64,000 nucleotides of DNA from an uncultured Planctomycetaceae bacterium (GCA_964449435.1 CAYUYR010000003.1:45614-109613), one strand, 5' to 3'. Numbered from the stretch's first letter, positions 18,712 to 27,985 are shown. Program-made: numbers and translations. Notes: generated from the letters alone by a model not told the origin.

Positions 18712-18855
18712 CTTTTGTTGTCTGTACAAAAATATCGTCATATCAGTACTGAAAAGTTGAATTTTTCCTGATATAATCTTAAAATGTTCGCTCAATGCCG
18801 CCCCGGCAAATAGAAACCGAATAATATCGGGCTTATATGAAAAAGGACATAAAAT

Positions 18856-20013
18856 ATGAATAATTTCGTCTTTTGCAATCCGGTAGAAATCGTCTTCGGC
18901 AAAGGTACAATCGCAAAACTCAATGAGCTTATAGACCCCAAAGCCAAAGTGCTTTTAACCTATGGCGGCGGGTCGTTCAAGAAAAACGGTGTTTATACGC
19001 AGGTCAAAGCCGCTCTGAAAAAAAGAAAGGTAGTTGAATTCGGCGGTATCGAGCCGAATCCGACTTACGAAACACTCGTCAGGGCGATTAAGCTCGGCAG
19101 AAAAGAAAAGGTTAATTTCGTTTTAGCCGTCGGCGGAGGCTCTGTACTCGACGGCTCGAAATTCATCGCCGCGGCAATCCCGTATAAAGGTAAAGATTTG
19201 TGGGCGATTGTAAAAAGCTATGGCCAATCCGTCAAAACCGCTCTGCCTTTGGGAACTGTTCTTACTCTGCCCGCGACAGGTTCGGAAATGAACTCCTTTG
19301 GCGTAATATCGAGAAAAAGCTCTACTGATAAACTTGCTTTCGGAAGCCCGCACTGCTATCCCAAGTTTTCCATACTCGACCCGCAGACGACTTATTCGCT
19401 CGACAAAAAGCAATTGCGAAACGGAATCGTCGATACTTTCGTCCACGTCGCCGAGCAGTACGCCACCGTCGATTTGAATACCGCTCTGCAGGACAGATAT
19501 GCCGAGTCGGTTTTCCAGACGCTTATCGAAATCGCACCTGCCGTTATGAGCGGCAAAAAAAATTACGATGTTCGCGCCAATTTTATGTGGACTGCCACGC
19601 AGGCCCTGTGCGGCCTTTTAAGCTGCGGCGTAAAAACAGACTGGGGCACACACGGAATCGGACATCAGCTCACCGCCTTTTTCGGTCTGGCTCACGCCGA
19701 GACGCTTGCCATCGTCCTGCCTGCGCTGTGGAAATATGAAATGAAAAACAAAACCGCCAAACTTGCCAAACTTGCCCAAAATGTATGGGGCGTAAAACGG
19801 GGCACTGAAAAACAGAAAGCCGAAGCCGCAATCAAGCATACCGTAAAATTTTTCCATTCAATCGATATGCCGACAAAATTTAAAGATTACGGCATAACCC
19901 AAAAGGCTCTTGAAAAAATCGTTAAACGCTTCGCCGAAAGAAACTGGAGTATCGGCGAAAATGGAGACATCGACTCAAAAACCGTCCGAAAAATCCTGAA
20001 GATGTGCCTGTAG
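18856..20013 (+). CDS. Iron-containing NADPH-dependent alcohol dehydrogenase (YqhD/Bdh family)
   Basis: GGIEPNP, LAVGGGSVLDGSK, TLPATGSEMN, DTFVH, WGTHGIGHQL..HAETLA. Confidence 0.93.
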   Translation: MNNFVFCNPVEIVFGKGTIAKLNELIDPKAKVLLTYGGGSFKKNGVYTQVKAALKKRKVVEFGGIEPNPTYETLVRAIKLGRKEKVNFVLAVGGGSVLDGSKFIAAAIPYKGKDLWAIVKSYGQSVKTALPLGTVLTLPATGSEMNSFGVISRKSSTDKLAFGSPHCYPKFSILDPQTTYSLDKKQLRNGIVDTFVHVAEQYATVDLNTALQDRYAESVFQTLIEIAPAVMSGKKNYDVRANFMWTATQALCGLLSCGVKTDWGTHGIGHQLTAFFGLAHAETLAIVLPALWKYEMKNKTAKLAKLAQNVWGVKRGTEKQKAEAAIKHTVKFFHSIDMPTKFKDYGITQKALEKIVKRFAERNWSIGENGDIDSKTVRKILKMCL

Positions 20014-20036
20014 AAAATCTGTACCCTGTACCCTAA

Positions 20037-21689
20037 TTACGTATTTTTATATCTCGGCCCGCCCCCGCCTTCCGGCGCAGTCCAGCGGATATTATCGAAC
20101 GGGCATTTTCTCTGACAGGTCTTGCAGTGCAGACAGTTCGACGGATTTGCGGGCTTAACCTGTTCTCCGACAGTTTCATACACACCCGCCGGACAAAACG
20201 TAATGCACGGCGAATCGAATTTCGGTTTGCATTCCTGTGCGCAGATGTTCCAATTTACTATCGTTAAATGACTTGGCTGCTCTTCGCGGTGTTTTGTCGC
20301 CGAAAGGGCGGCAAATGTCGTCTTGTCGAAATTTTTATCAGGTTTATATTTATATTTTTTGCCCGTCATTACCTCGTAATCTTTTTCGACTTTCAGCAGA
20401 GGCAATTTCTGCCCGAAAACAGAAATTGGTATCCCAAACAGCGGCCCCAGCTTTGCGACGTTCTGCCTGAACATCGACGCCTGTCTCATTTCCTCCATCA
20501 CGCCCGACATATTCAAAAGCTCGGTATATTTCGACGCCGCAGCGTTAAGATTGTTAGCGCATTCAGCTATTGCCCTTCCCGCCGCGATGCCGGATTTGAC
20601 GGCGTTATGCAGTCCCTTAATTTTGAGCATATTTACCAGCCCTGCCGCATCGCCCAGTATCAGAACGTTCGATTTTCCCACCGCGAAATTCTGCCCCGCT
20701 CGCGGCAGCGCGTAAAATCCGCCTTCCGGTATCATTTTCGCTCCTGCTTCGACAACCGCTCCGCCGGCGATGAATTTCTTTACGAATTTATGATTTTTAA
20801 AATTCGTCAGCGCATCCTGCGGATTAAAATCGCAGTATTTCCAGTCCAGCCCGACAATCATTCCGACCGTGATATGATTTTCGCTAACCGGATGCATCAC
20901 TCCGCCCCCGAACATCGCCGGCCCAAGCACAGGCGTCCACAAAGGCCAGCCCATAGCGTGAACAACACGTCCGGCAGTGAAATTTTTGAACTGCTCATCG
21001 CTCACTTTTATAATCTCTTTTACTCCGACCGAGTAAAGCTGATTTGCCCGTCTTGTCAGTTGCGCCTTTTCGATAAACTTTTCCGTCACCAGTCCGTCGC
21101 AGCCCTCGGCCAGTACGATTACATCAGCGCCGATAATCTCGCCCGCTACGTAATTTGGCTGTCTGTTTCCGTTTTTGTCCAATCCCTGCTCGACGAGCTT
21201 TATTCCCGTGGCGATGTTTTTGTCGGAATCATAAATTATATCCTCAGCGGCAAAACCGTGTATTACCTCGATGCCCATATCTTTCGCGATTCGGCAAAGC
21301 CATTTCGTTAGTTTGCTTATCGACAGGATATAATTGCCCTCGTGGCTCATTTGCGCAAAATTGAGTTTGAGTTTCTCGGCAAGCTTTATCGAAAATGCGA
21401 TATTGAACGCAAACTTATCACCCGCGAAAAACATCGTATTGTCTTTGCTTACTTTGTACGCGAAAACTTCTTCCGCCGCCGGCGTCCGACGCAGGTCGGG
21501 CCTTATCTGTTCGAGCAGCATTTTTACAGCGTCGGCTTCGACCGTCGCGCCGGACAGGTTATGGTTGCCGCCCTCGGCAGCCTTGTCGATTACGCAGATT
21601 TCCATCTCCGGCCTCTGATTTTTCAGCGTAATCGCCGCCGACAATCCAGCAGACCCCGCCCCGACAATAATTACTGATAGTTTTTTCAT
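20037..21689 (-). CDS. ETF-quinone oxidoreductase-like flavoprotein with C-terminal 2x[4Fe-4S] ferredoxin (FixC-FixX type)
   Basis: IVGAGSAG, HNLSGA, AKMIPEGG, GDAAGLVNMLKIKGLH, CITFCPAGVY, NCLHCKTCQRKCP, WTAPEGGGGP. Confidence 0.88.
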   Translation of the reverse strand: MKKLSVIIVGAGSAGLSAAITLKNQRPEMEICVIDKAAEGGNHNLSGATVEADAVKMLLEQIRPDLRRTPAAEEVFAYKVSKDNTMFFAGDKFAFNIAFSIKLAEKLKLNFAQMSHEGNYILSISKLTKWLCRIAKDMGIEVIHGFAAEDIIYDSDKNIATGIKLVEQGLDKNGNRQPNYVAGEIIGADVIVLAEGCDGLVTEKFIEKAQLTRRANQLYSVGVKEIIKVSDEQFKNFTAGRVVHAMGWPLWTPVLGPAMFGGGVMHPVSENHITVGMIVGLDWKYCDFNPQDALTNFKNHKFVKKFIAGGAVVEAGAKMIPEGGFYALPRAGQNFAVGKSNVLILGDAAGLVNMLKIKGLHNAVKSGIAAGRAIAECANNLNAAASKYTELLNMSGVMEEMRQASMFRQNVAKLGPLFGIPISVFGQKLPLLKVEKDYEVMTGKKYKYKPDKNFDKTTFAALSATKHREEQPSHLTIVNWNICAQECKPKFDSPCITFCPAGVYETVGEQVKPANPSNCLHCKTCQRKCPFDNIRWTAPEGGGGPRYKNT

Positions 21690-21751
21690 GTTTTCAAAAT
21701 TTCATTTGGCCGCCTTTGGCAGACAGCGAAATTCCTTACTTCCTTAGTTCT

Positions 21752-23848
21752 TTACTTCTTTACTTCCTTTTTCGCCAACGCCTCTGTAAGTTTCGGCACA
21801 ATATCTTCAACAGTTCCTGTTATATAGTAATCGCAGTGCTTGAAAATCGGCGCAGCCGAATCGCTGTTAATCGCTACGATAATATCGCTGTTCGCTACGC
21901 CTATCAAATGCTGAATCGCCCCCGATATCCCCAGCGCAACATACAATTTCGGCCCAATCGACGTTCCTGTCTGCCCAACCTGCCGAATCCTCTCGGCAAA
22001 TCCCTGCTCGACCGCCGCACGAGAAGCTCCCTTCTCAGCGGCACAGCCAAGTCGTTGACTCAGCGCCGAGACAAGATTATCGGCAAGATTATTATAGTTA
22101 TCTCTGCTCTGCATCCCCTTTCCGCCGCTCACAACGATTTCTGCACTGAGATTGATTTTGCCCGTCGCCTTATCTGTCCTGATAATTTCGAGGCTCAAAT
22201 CCGCTTCGCTTATCTGCGGATGTATTTTTGTTGTTTTGCCTTTTCGTTTCGGGTCCGGCTCCAGTCTTTTCATCACTCCCGGCCTTGCCGTCGCCATTTG
22301 GCATTTCGAGTCTTTCGTGCAAATCGTCGCCATCACATTTCCGCCCAGCGCAGGCCTTGTCTGCATCAGTATCGCGATATGCCCTTTTCTGCTGCTGTCT
22401 TTTATTTCCAGTCCTGTGCAGTCCGCCGTCAATCCGCAGCCGAGCCTGTACGCTATCATCGGCGCAAGTATCCTGCCCTGCGGCGTCGCCGCATAAAGAA
22501 CTATCTGCGGACAATATTTGCCTATCGTCTCGGCGATTGCCTTTGCGCATATTTTCGGGTCGAAACCATCGAGCAGCGGATGTCCGATTGTGTAAATCTC
22601 ATCTGCTCCGGCCTCGATAAGCTCTTTGCAAAATCCCTGCACATCGCCGCCTGCGATTGCGACCCCGACCTGAGTTTCGAGAGAATCTGCAAGACTTCGC
22701 GCTTTTCCTATAAGCTCGAACGTCGCCGGATGAATCTTCTGCTCGTCTAACTCGGCAACGACCCATACCTGCCCCCGATACATCGGCTCGGTCATTGCTA
22801 AACCATTTATCATATCTTCCAGCGCGTTTTTATGAAAATGTTCGCCCGCCGCGGCGAGGATTTTTTCTTTTTCATCGCCGGTAATGTCCGCCGGTTTTTT
22901 TATACCGTGTTTTTTAAGAATATCGGTAAAAATCTTATAATCTTCGCTCTCTTTTTTCGTCCCTTCATAATCTCTTTCGAGCAGGCTCTCTCTTTTTGTC
23001 GGCAGAACATATTGTCCGTCCTCTTTGCCGCTTGTGGCGAGCGCAGTCGAGCCAAAATTTTCGACAATCACTTTTGCAAGTTCGTCCGCATCCGTTATAT
23101 GCTGACACTTTCTTGTCGTCTTGCCCGGCGGGAAAACCGATATCACTCTCGTCCTCGAGCCTTCGATACCGACATTCGTTGCGTTAAGATGGCTTGCTCC
23201 CCATTGTGTCAGCTCGAAATTATTTGCCTGCCGTGTTCTGGAAAATGTCGCAAACAGCGGCTCTTCGTATTTCGCTACCGTAATCACCGCCGGCGCCTTT
23301 CGAACAGCCGCCACCTGATTTCCGCCGCTTATGATTTTAGTAAACTCGAACCTTCCGTTATTGTATTTAACGTCTGTCGCGTAAGCGACGCAGCCGATGC
23401 CGAGTTCTTCCGCTATTTGCGCCGGAACCTGCGCTGTGTCGCCATCGACCGACTGCATTCCGCTTACGATATAATAATCTTGCGAATTGTTTAGAATTTC
23501 CTTTGCGATTTTTCTTATCGCAACCGCCAGTGGATTTGCCGTTGCGCACGTATCCGCCCCGCCGAGCGCGCGGTCGGTCAGCAGGATTGCCGAATCAGCG
23601 CATCTTGCAAGACAGTACCGCAAAATCTCCTCCGCCATCGGCGGCCCCATCGTCAGCGCGATAACTTTCCCGTTTCCGCCGCTTAATTGGTTCATCTGGT
23701 TTGCAACTGCTAAGGCGTGTGTGTCCAGTTCGTTGATTACGCTTTCCAGTCGTGAGCGTATCAGCGTGCCGGTCTCCAGATTAAAGGCGTTATCCGTTAT
23801 CTGAGTGATATCGGGAACTTGTTTTACGAGTACTATATAGTCGCTCAT
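21752..23848 (-). CDS. Fused electron-transfer flavoprotein beta+alpha (EtfB-EtfA / FixA-FixB)
   Basis: VKQVPD, LTMGPP, GADTCATA, SVDGDTAQV (beta); GLTADC, QTRPALGGN, ATARPG, ASRAAV, QVGQTG, GISGAIQH (alpha); start at MSDY. Confidence 0.9.
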   Translation of the reverse strand: MSDYIVLVKQVPDITQITDNAFNLETGTLIRSRLESVINELDTHALAVANQMNQLSGGNGKVIALTMGPPMAEEILRYCLARCADSAILLTDRALGGADTCATANPLAVAIRKIAKEILNNSQDYYIVSGMQSVDGDTAQVPAQIAEELGIGCVAYATDVKYNNGRFEFTKIISGGNQVAAVRKAPAVITVAKYEEPLFATFSRTRQANNFELTQWGASHLNATNVGIEGSRTRVISVFPPGKTTRKCQHITDADELAKVIVENFGSTALATSGKEDGQYVLPTKRESLLERDYEGTKKESEDYKIFTDILKKHGIKKPADITGDEKEKILAAAGEHFHKNALEDMINGLAMTEPMYRGQVWVVAELDEQKIHPATFELIGKARSLADSLETQVGVAIAGGDVQGFCKELIEAGADEIYTIGHPLLDGFDPKICAKAIAETIGKYCPQIVLYAATPQGRILAPMIAYRLGCGLTADCTGLEIKDSSRKGHIAILMQTRPALGGNVMATICTKDSKCQMATARPGVMKRLEPDPKRKGKTTKIHPQISEADLSLEIIRTDKATGKINLSAEIVVSGGKGMQSRDNYNNLADNLVSALSQRLGCAAEKGASRAAVEQGFAERIRQVGQTGTSIGPKLYVALGISGAIQHLIGVANSDIIVAINSDSAAPIFKHCDYYITGTVEDIVPKLTEALAKKEVKK

Positions 23849-24006
23849 TCTCGAATCCGTTATTTTGCCGCTCGAACCGGCATTTTGCACAATTTTAATT
23901 GGTTCCGACTTCTTCCTTGATAATTTGACCGAAAAACGGTTTAATATCCTGCTGTTGTCGGCAGGGAAATTATAGTTTATTATCTCTTAAAGTAAAGGAC
24001 AAGCTG

Positions 24007-24636
24007 ATGGCTGATTTGAATGCGTTATGTGAAGCGGTAATTAAGGGCGACCAGTCCGGCGCTTTGGATTTGACCAAAGCCGCCATTAACGAAGGTGTCT
24101 CTCCTGAGGACATTCTAAATAAGGGTCTCGTTGCCGGTATGAATGTCATTGGTGAGCGTTTCAAAAATAATGAGGTTTATATTCCCGAAGTTCTCATTGC
24201 CGCTTATGCTATGAAGGCCGCGATGTCCGTCCTCGAACCGAAACTTGTCGAAGCAGGTGTCGAACCTGTCGCGAAAGCCGTAATCGGAACGGTAAAAGGC
24301 GACCTGCACGACATCGGCAAGAACCTTGTTGCTATGATGTTAAAAGGCGCAGGCTTCGAGGTCATCGACCTTGGCGTTGACGTCTCCGACGAAAAATTCG
24401 TACAGACCGCCAGGGATACAAACGCCAAAATCGTCGGTATGAGTACATTGCTGACTACGACGATGGCTTCGATGGACAAAACCGTCAAGGCTCTCAAGGC
24501 CGCAGGCCTCACCGTAAAAACTATGATTGGCGGCGCACCCGTAACCCAAAATTACGCCGACCGAATCGGCGCAGATGGTTTTGCGCCGGACGCCGCATCA
24601 GCGGTGGATTTGGCAAAGTCCCTCATCAGCGCATAA
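24007..24636 (+). CDS. Corrinoid (B12-binding) methyltransferase cognate protein
   Basis: Cap domain plus GTVKGDLHDIGKNLV (DxHxxG), MSTLLTTT, MIGGAP. Confidence 0.93.
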   Translation: MADLNALCEAVIKGDQSGALDLTKAAINEGVSPEDILNKGLVAGMNVIGERFKNNEVYIPEVLIAAYAMKAAMSVLEPKLVEAGVEPVAKAVIGTVKGDLHDIGKNLVAMMLKGAGFEVIDLGVDVSDEKFVQTARDTNAKIVGMSTLLTTTMASMDKTVKALKAAGLTVKTMIGGAPVTQNYADRIGADGFAPDAASAVDLAKSLISA

Positions 24637-24663
24637 AATAAAAATAGTAAATTTGAATATCCC

Positions 24664-24694
24664 AAACGGCACTTTCACAAGTGCCGTTTTTTTT
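24664..24694 (+). terminator. Intrinsic terminator after the corrinoid gene
   Basis: AAACGGCACTT-tcac-AAGTGCCGTTT followed by a T-tract. Confidence 0.85.
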
Positions 24695-24747
24695 GCGCGA
24701 AACCTCTCGGCTTGACACTTGGCCGAATGAGAAAACAAGCTGAAATA

Positions 24748-24776
24748 TTGACTTTGACAAGCCCTTTATATAGAAT
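24748..24776 (+). promoter_or_regulatory. Sigma-70 promoter placing the TSS at or near the start codon (leaderless)
   Basis: TTGACT-N17-TAGAAT-N6-ATG, no SD. Confidence 0.6.
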
Positions 24777-24782
24777 AAATTT

Positions 24783-26465
24783 ATGCGCAAGATTAAAAAT
24801 CCGATTCTGTCGCAACTCTTTATGGAGACGAGCTTTGTGCCCAAAGCCCAGCAGCTCAAACAGCTCGCCGCAGCCGAAGAATTATATAAAATCGTCTCGC
24901 CGGACAAGGATTATCCGTTTGAATTTATCTGCTTCAAAATCACCGGCTATCGTCCAAAAGAACACACCGCCGAAATGGTATCCGGCAAAGAGCTTCTCGA
25001 AAGCCTGCCGATGTATATCGCAAAGTCCAGCGCAAGGCTGCGGCTTCCTGTCGCCGGACAGAAAGAAAAAATCTATTCGCTCGCCGATACGGCAAAAAAA
25101 CTGAACATCTCAATCAGAACAATCGAACGCTGGCAAAAAAGAGGATTCTTCGGCAAGAAATATCTCTTCTCCGACGGCAGTCTCAAAACAGGTTTCACAC
25201 AGTCGCAAATCGACGAATTCATAAAGGCAAATCCGGCGCTCGTCGAAAAGGCATCAAACTTCAGTATCATCGAGCCGAAATTGAAAGACAAAGTTGTCGA
25301 ACGGGCATCGCAAATCGCGCGCGACGAAACTTTGAGCCGCTCGGCCGTAATAAGAAAGGTCGCCGCTGAGTTCGACAGGGCCCCCGAAACCGTCAGGAGT
25401 ATAATTGTCGATTGCGAAAAAAATAATAAAAGACAGATTTTTCTCCGTCGCCATTTGGTAATAGGCACATCGCAGGCCGCGATGATTTTCAATATGTTCG
25501 CCCAGGGCGAAAACGTAGAGAGCCTCGCCGAAAAATTCGGCCGCAGCACAAGCTCGATTTACCGCATCATAACCCAGCGGCGAATCAGAAAACTTCTTAC
25601 GACAAAAGTCGAGTATATCCCCAGCGCCGAATTTAACGAGTCAAACGCACGGGAGAACATACTTTCCGGCAGGGGTTCTACCCGAAGAACGCCGCGAAAA
25701 ATACTTCCCGCAGCAGACGGCGGAATCGGCGGAAAAAACTGGGAAGATTTCATCGAGACGGTAAAAAAAATCCCTACATTAAACCGCCAGCAGGAAACAG
25801 AGCTTTTCAAAAGGTATAATTTTTTAAAATTTCTCGTCGCCGAGGTGCTCAGCAAACTAAGCCTGACAAAATCCTGCGGCCGCGATGCGCGCCTTGCCGA
25901 GGATTTTTTGGCCGAGGCGCAGAGGTTAAAAAATATTATCATCGAAGCGAATTTGAAACTTGTAATCAGCATCGCAGGCCGGCACGCAACCGGCGCAAAC
26001 GTTCAGGATTTGGTCAGCGAAGGCAATATGGCGCTGCTCCGTGCGGTCGAGAAATTCGACTATACCAAAGGCTTTCGTTTCAGCACTTACGCTTCGTGGA
26101 TTATCGCCAGGGATTTTGCCCGTTTCCTGCCTGCCGAGGCCGCTCGTGGCAGAATGACGGCCGAGCAATCGGACGAGCAGACGCATCTTATCGCCGCCAA
26201 GGCAGGCGAAATCGAGGAAATCGAAACCGCCCACAAAAGTCTTATGCAGGTTATCGATAATAATCTATCCGCTCGTGAGCAGCACGTTATCCGTTACCAT
26301 TTCGGCCTGACCGGCTCGCTCGTCAAAAAGCAGTTCAAGACATTAAAGCAGCTCGGCGACGATTTAGGCGTCAGCAAGGAGCGCGTCCGCCAGATTGAGC
26401 TTGTCGCTCTGCAGAAATTACGCCAGACACTCAGCCCTGAGGAGTTCGAGTTGCTGACGAGGTAG
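24783..26465 (+). CDS. Sigma-70 family factor with long N-terminal multi-HTH extension
   Basis: Region 2 EANLKLVISIA..DLVSEGNMALLRAVEKFDYTKGFRFSTYASW; region 4 TLKQLGDDLGVSKERVRQIE; three HTH-like segments upstream. Confidence 0.9.
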   Translation: MRKIKNPILSQLFMETSFVPKAQQLKQLAAAEELYKIVSPDKDYPFEFICFKITGYRPKEHTAEMVSGKELLESLPMYIAKSSARLRLPVAGQKEKIYSLADTAKKLNISIRTIERWQKRGFFGKKYLFSDGSLKTGFTQSQIDEFIKANPALVEKASNFSIIEPKLKDKVVERASQIARDETLSRSAVIRKVAAEFDRAPETVRSIIVDCEKNNKRQIFLRRHLVIGTSQAAMIFNMFAQGENVESLAEKFGRSTSSIYRIITQRRIRKLLTTKVEYIPSAEFNESNARENILSGRGSTRRTPRKILPAADGGIGGKNWEDFIETVKKIPTLNRQQETELFKRYNFLKFLVAEVLSKLSLTKSCGRDARLAEDFLAEAQRLKNIIIEANLKLVISIAGRHATGANVQDLVSEGNMALLRAVEKFDYTKGFRFSTYASWIIARDFARFLPAEAARGRMTAEQSDEQTHLIAAKAGEIEEIETAHKSLMQVIDNNLSAREQHVIRYHFGLTGSLVKKQFKTLKQLGDDLGVSKERVRQIELVALQKLRQTLSPEEFELLTR

Positions 26466-26506
26466 TTAGGCTCACAGAACATTTTTAAATTGATTAATCC
26501 CCAAAC

Positions 26507-26543
26507 CGGAGTTTACCCCGTGAGATGAAATTATCTAATCGGG
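26507..26543. repeat. Miniature palindromic element (family shared with 43497-43581)
   Basis: CGGAGTTTACCCCGTGAGATGAAATTATCTAATCGGG matches the reverse complement of the outer part of 43497-43581. Confidence 0.7.
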
Positions 26544-26651
26544 CTTTTTACAAAAAGACAATCCAAAAATTTATGTGCTTTATTGGATTTCGGCTGTAAT
26601 TTGTATTTGACAAGTGTGCGATTATGCTTAAATTTAATGTTTTTCCCGACA

Positions 26652-27851
26652 ATGACCGAAGCGAAGAAGACAGTTTTGTTCGATAAACACGCCCCCTCTG
26701 CTTCTTGCGAAGCAAGAGAGGGGGGCAAGGCCCAAATAGTACCCTTCGCAGGGTGGATGATGCCGCTTTGGTACACATCTATAAGGGCTGAACACGAGGC
26801 CGTGCGCAAACAAGCGGGACTGTTCGACTGCTCGCATATGGCAGTGCTGAAAATCGCCGGCAAAGACGCAATTAGTTTTCTCAATAATCTCACAACAAAT
26901 GATGTCTCAAAATTAAAACAAGGCAAAGCACAATATTCGTATATTCTCAATCAGACGGGAGATATAATAGATGACATTATAGTTTACTATATTGGTGATG
27001 ATAATCTTATGGTTGTCGCCAATGCCTCTAATGAACAGAAAGTTAAAGACTGGATTGCGAAGAACCGCTCCGGCCAAGTCGAAGTCAAAGACCTCAAGGA
27101 TAGTTCTCTGCCGGACGGCCGAGTTGACCTCGCTTTGCAGGGGCCTGCGGCAGGGCAGTGTCTGAAAGATATTTTCGGCGTTGAGACGGAGGGGATGAAA
27201 TCCTTGTCGTTCATCAGGGCGGAAACAAAAGACCTTAATATCATTATCGCATCGACCGGCTATACGGGCGCGAAGGTGAGTTTCGAGCTTTTCGTTGAGC
27301 CGGCGAAAGCGGGACAGCTTTGGGATTTGATTCTCAAAAAAGGGAAAAGGCTCGGCATAGTTCCGTGCGGGCTGGGGGCGCGGGACAGTTTGCGAATCGA
27401 AGCGGGCTTGCCATTGTACGGGCATGAGCTTGCGGGAGATTTCAATGTTTCGCCTTTTCAGGCGGGGTACGGCTGGGCGGTAAAACTGCAGAAAGAAAAC
27501 TTTATCGGCAAAGATGCGATTGCGAAAAAGACAGAATTCGATACGGAAGTCGCCAGATTAAAATTCGACGGCGGCAAAGGGGTAAGACCCATCAGGCAGA
27601 TGGACGGGGTATTAAACAGCGACGGGATATGTATCGGACAGGTTTTGAGTTGTGCAGGCGTCGGCGATAAACAAATCGCACTTGCCCTGATTAAAAAAGA
27701 ATATAACGCCGTTGGCAAAGAGGTCGGGGTTTATTACCTTGCCAGAAACGCAGGACATATTCAGCAGGGCAGAAAAGAAAAAATAACACTCGGCGAAAAA
27801 TTAACAGCCGATATCAAGGGACAGGCAGTCGAAAGATTTGAAAAATATTAA
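26652..27851 (+). CDS. gcvT: Glycine cleavage system T protein (aminomethyltransferase)
   Basis: VPFAGWMMPLWY, EHEAVR..AGLFDCSHM, TGYTG, GLGARDSLRIEAGLPLYGHEL; start at MTEAKK. Confidence 0.95.
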   Translation: MTEAKKTVLFDKHAPSASCEAREGGKAQIVPFAGWMMPLWYTSIRAEHEAVRKQAGLFDCSHMAVLKIAGKDAISFLNNLTTNDVSKLKQGKAQYSYILNQTGDIIDDIIVYYIGDDNLMVVANASNEQKVKDWIAKNRSGQVEVKDLKDSSLPDGRVDLALQGPAAGQCLKDIFGVETEGMKSLSFIRAETKDLNIIIASTGYTGAKVSFELFVEPAKAGQLWDLILKKGKRLGIVPCGLGARDSLRIEAGLPLYGHELAGDFNVSPFQAGYGWAVKLQKENFIGKDAIAKKTEFDTEVARLKFDGGKGVRPIRQMDGVLNSDGICIGQVLSCAGVGDKQIALALIKKEYNAVGKEVGVYYLARNAGHIQQGRKEKITLGEKLTADIKGQAVERFEKY

Positions 27852-27853
27852 AA

Positions 27854-27969
27854 AACGTTGTACGGTTGCGGTTGCGAGGCTCGTATCGGTTTCGTTAATC
27901 GTCAATCGTCGTTCAATACGTAACCGTGTAATACGTATTACGAAACGAGAAGCGTAACCGATTTACGTT
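27854..27969 (+). repeat. ~100-nt nested-palindrome element, copy A
   Basis: CGGTTGCGGTTGCGAGGCTCGTATCGGTTTCGT...ACGTAACCG...ACGAAACGAG...CGTAACCG; homologous to 37706 and 48787. Confidence 0.8.
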
Positions 27970-27985
27970 AAAACGGAGTATTATT

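Noticed and set aside
18583-18771. 62-aa + strand ORF
   Set aside because: No SD, starts immediately after a terminator hairpin and runs into the ADH promoter
23850-24006. Cobalamin riboswitch upstream of the corrinoid gene
   Set aside because: Only an isolated AGGGAA; no B12-box or supporting stems
26470-26651. Glycine riboswitch upstream of gcvT
   Set aside because: No GGAGA...CCGAAG...CTCTCAGG aptamer motifs; a TTGACA promoter at 26607 leaves only a very short leader
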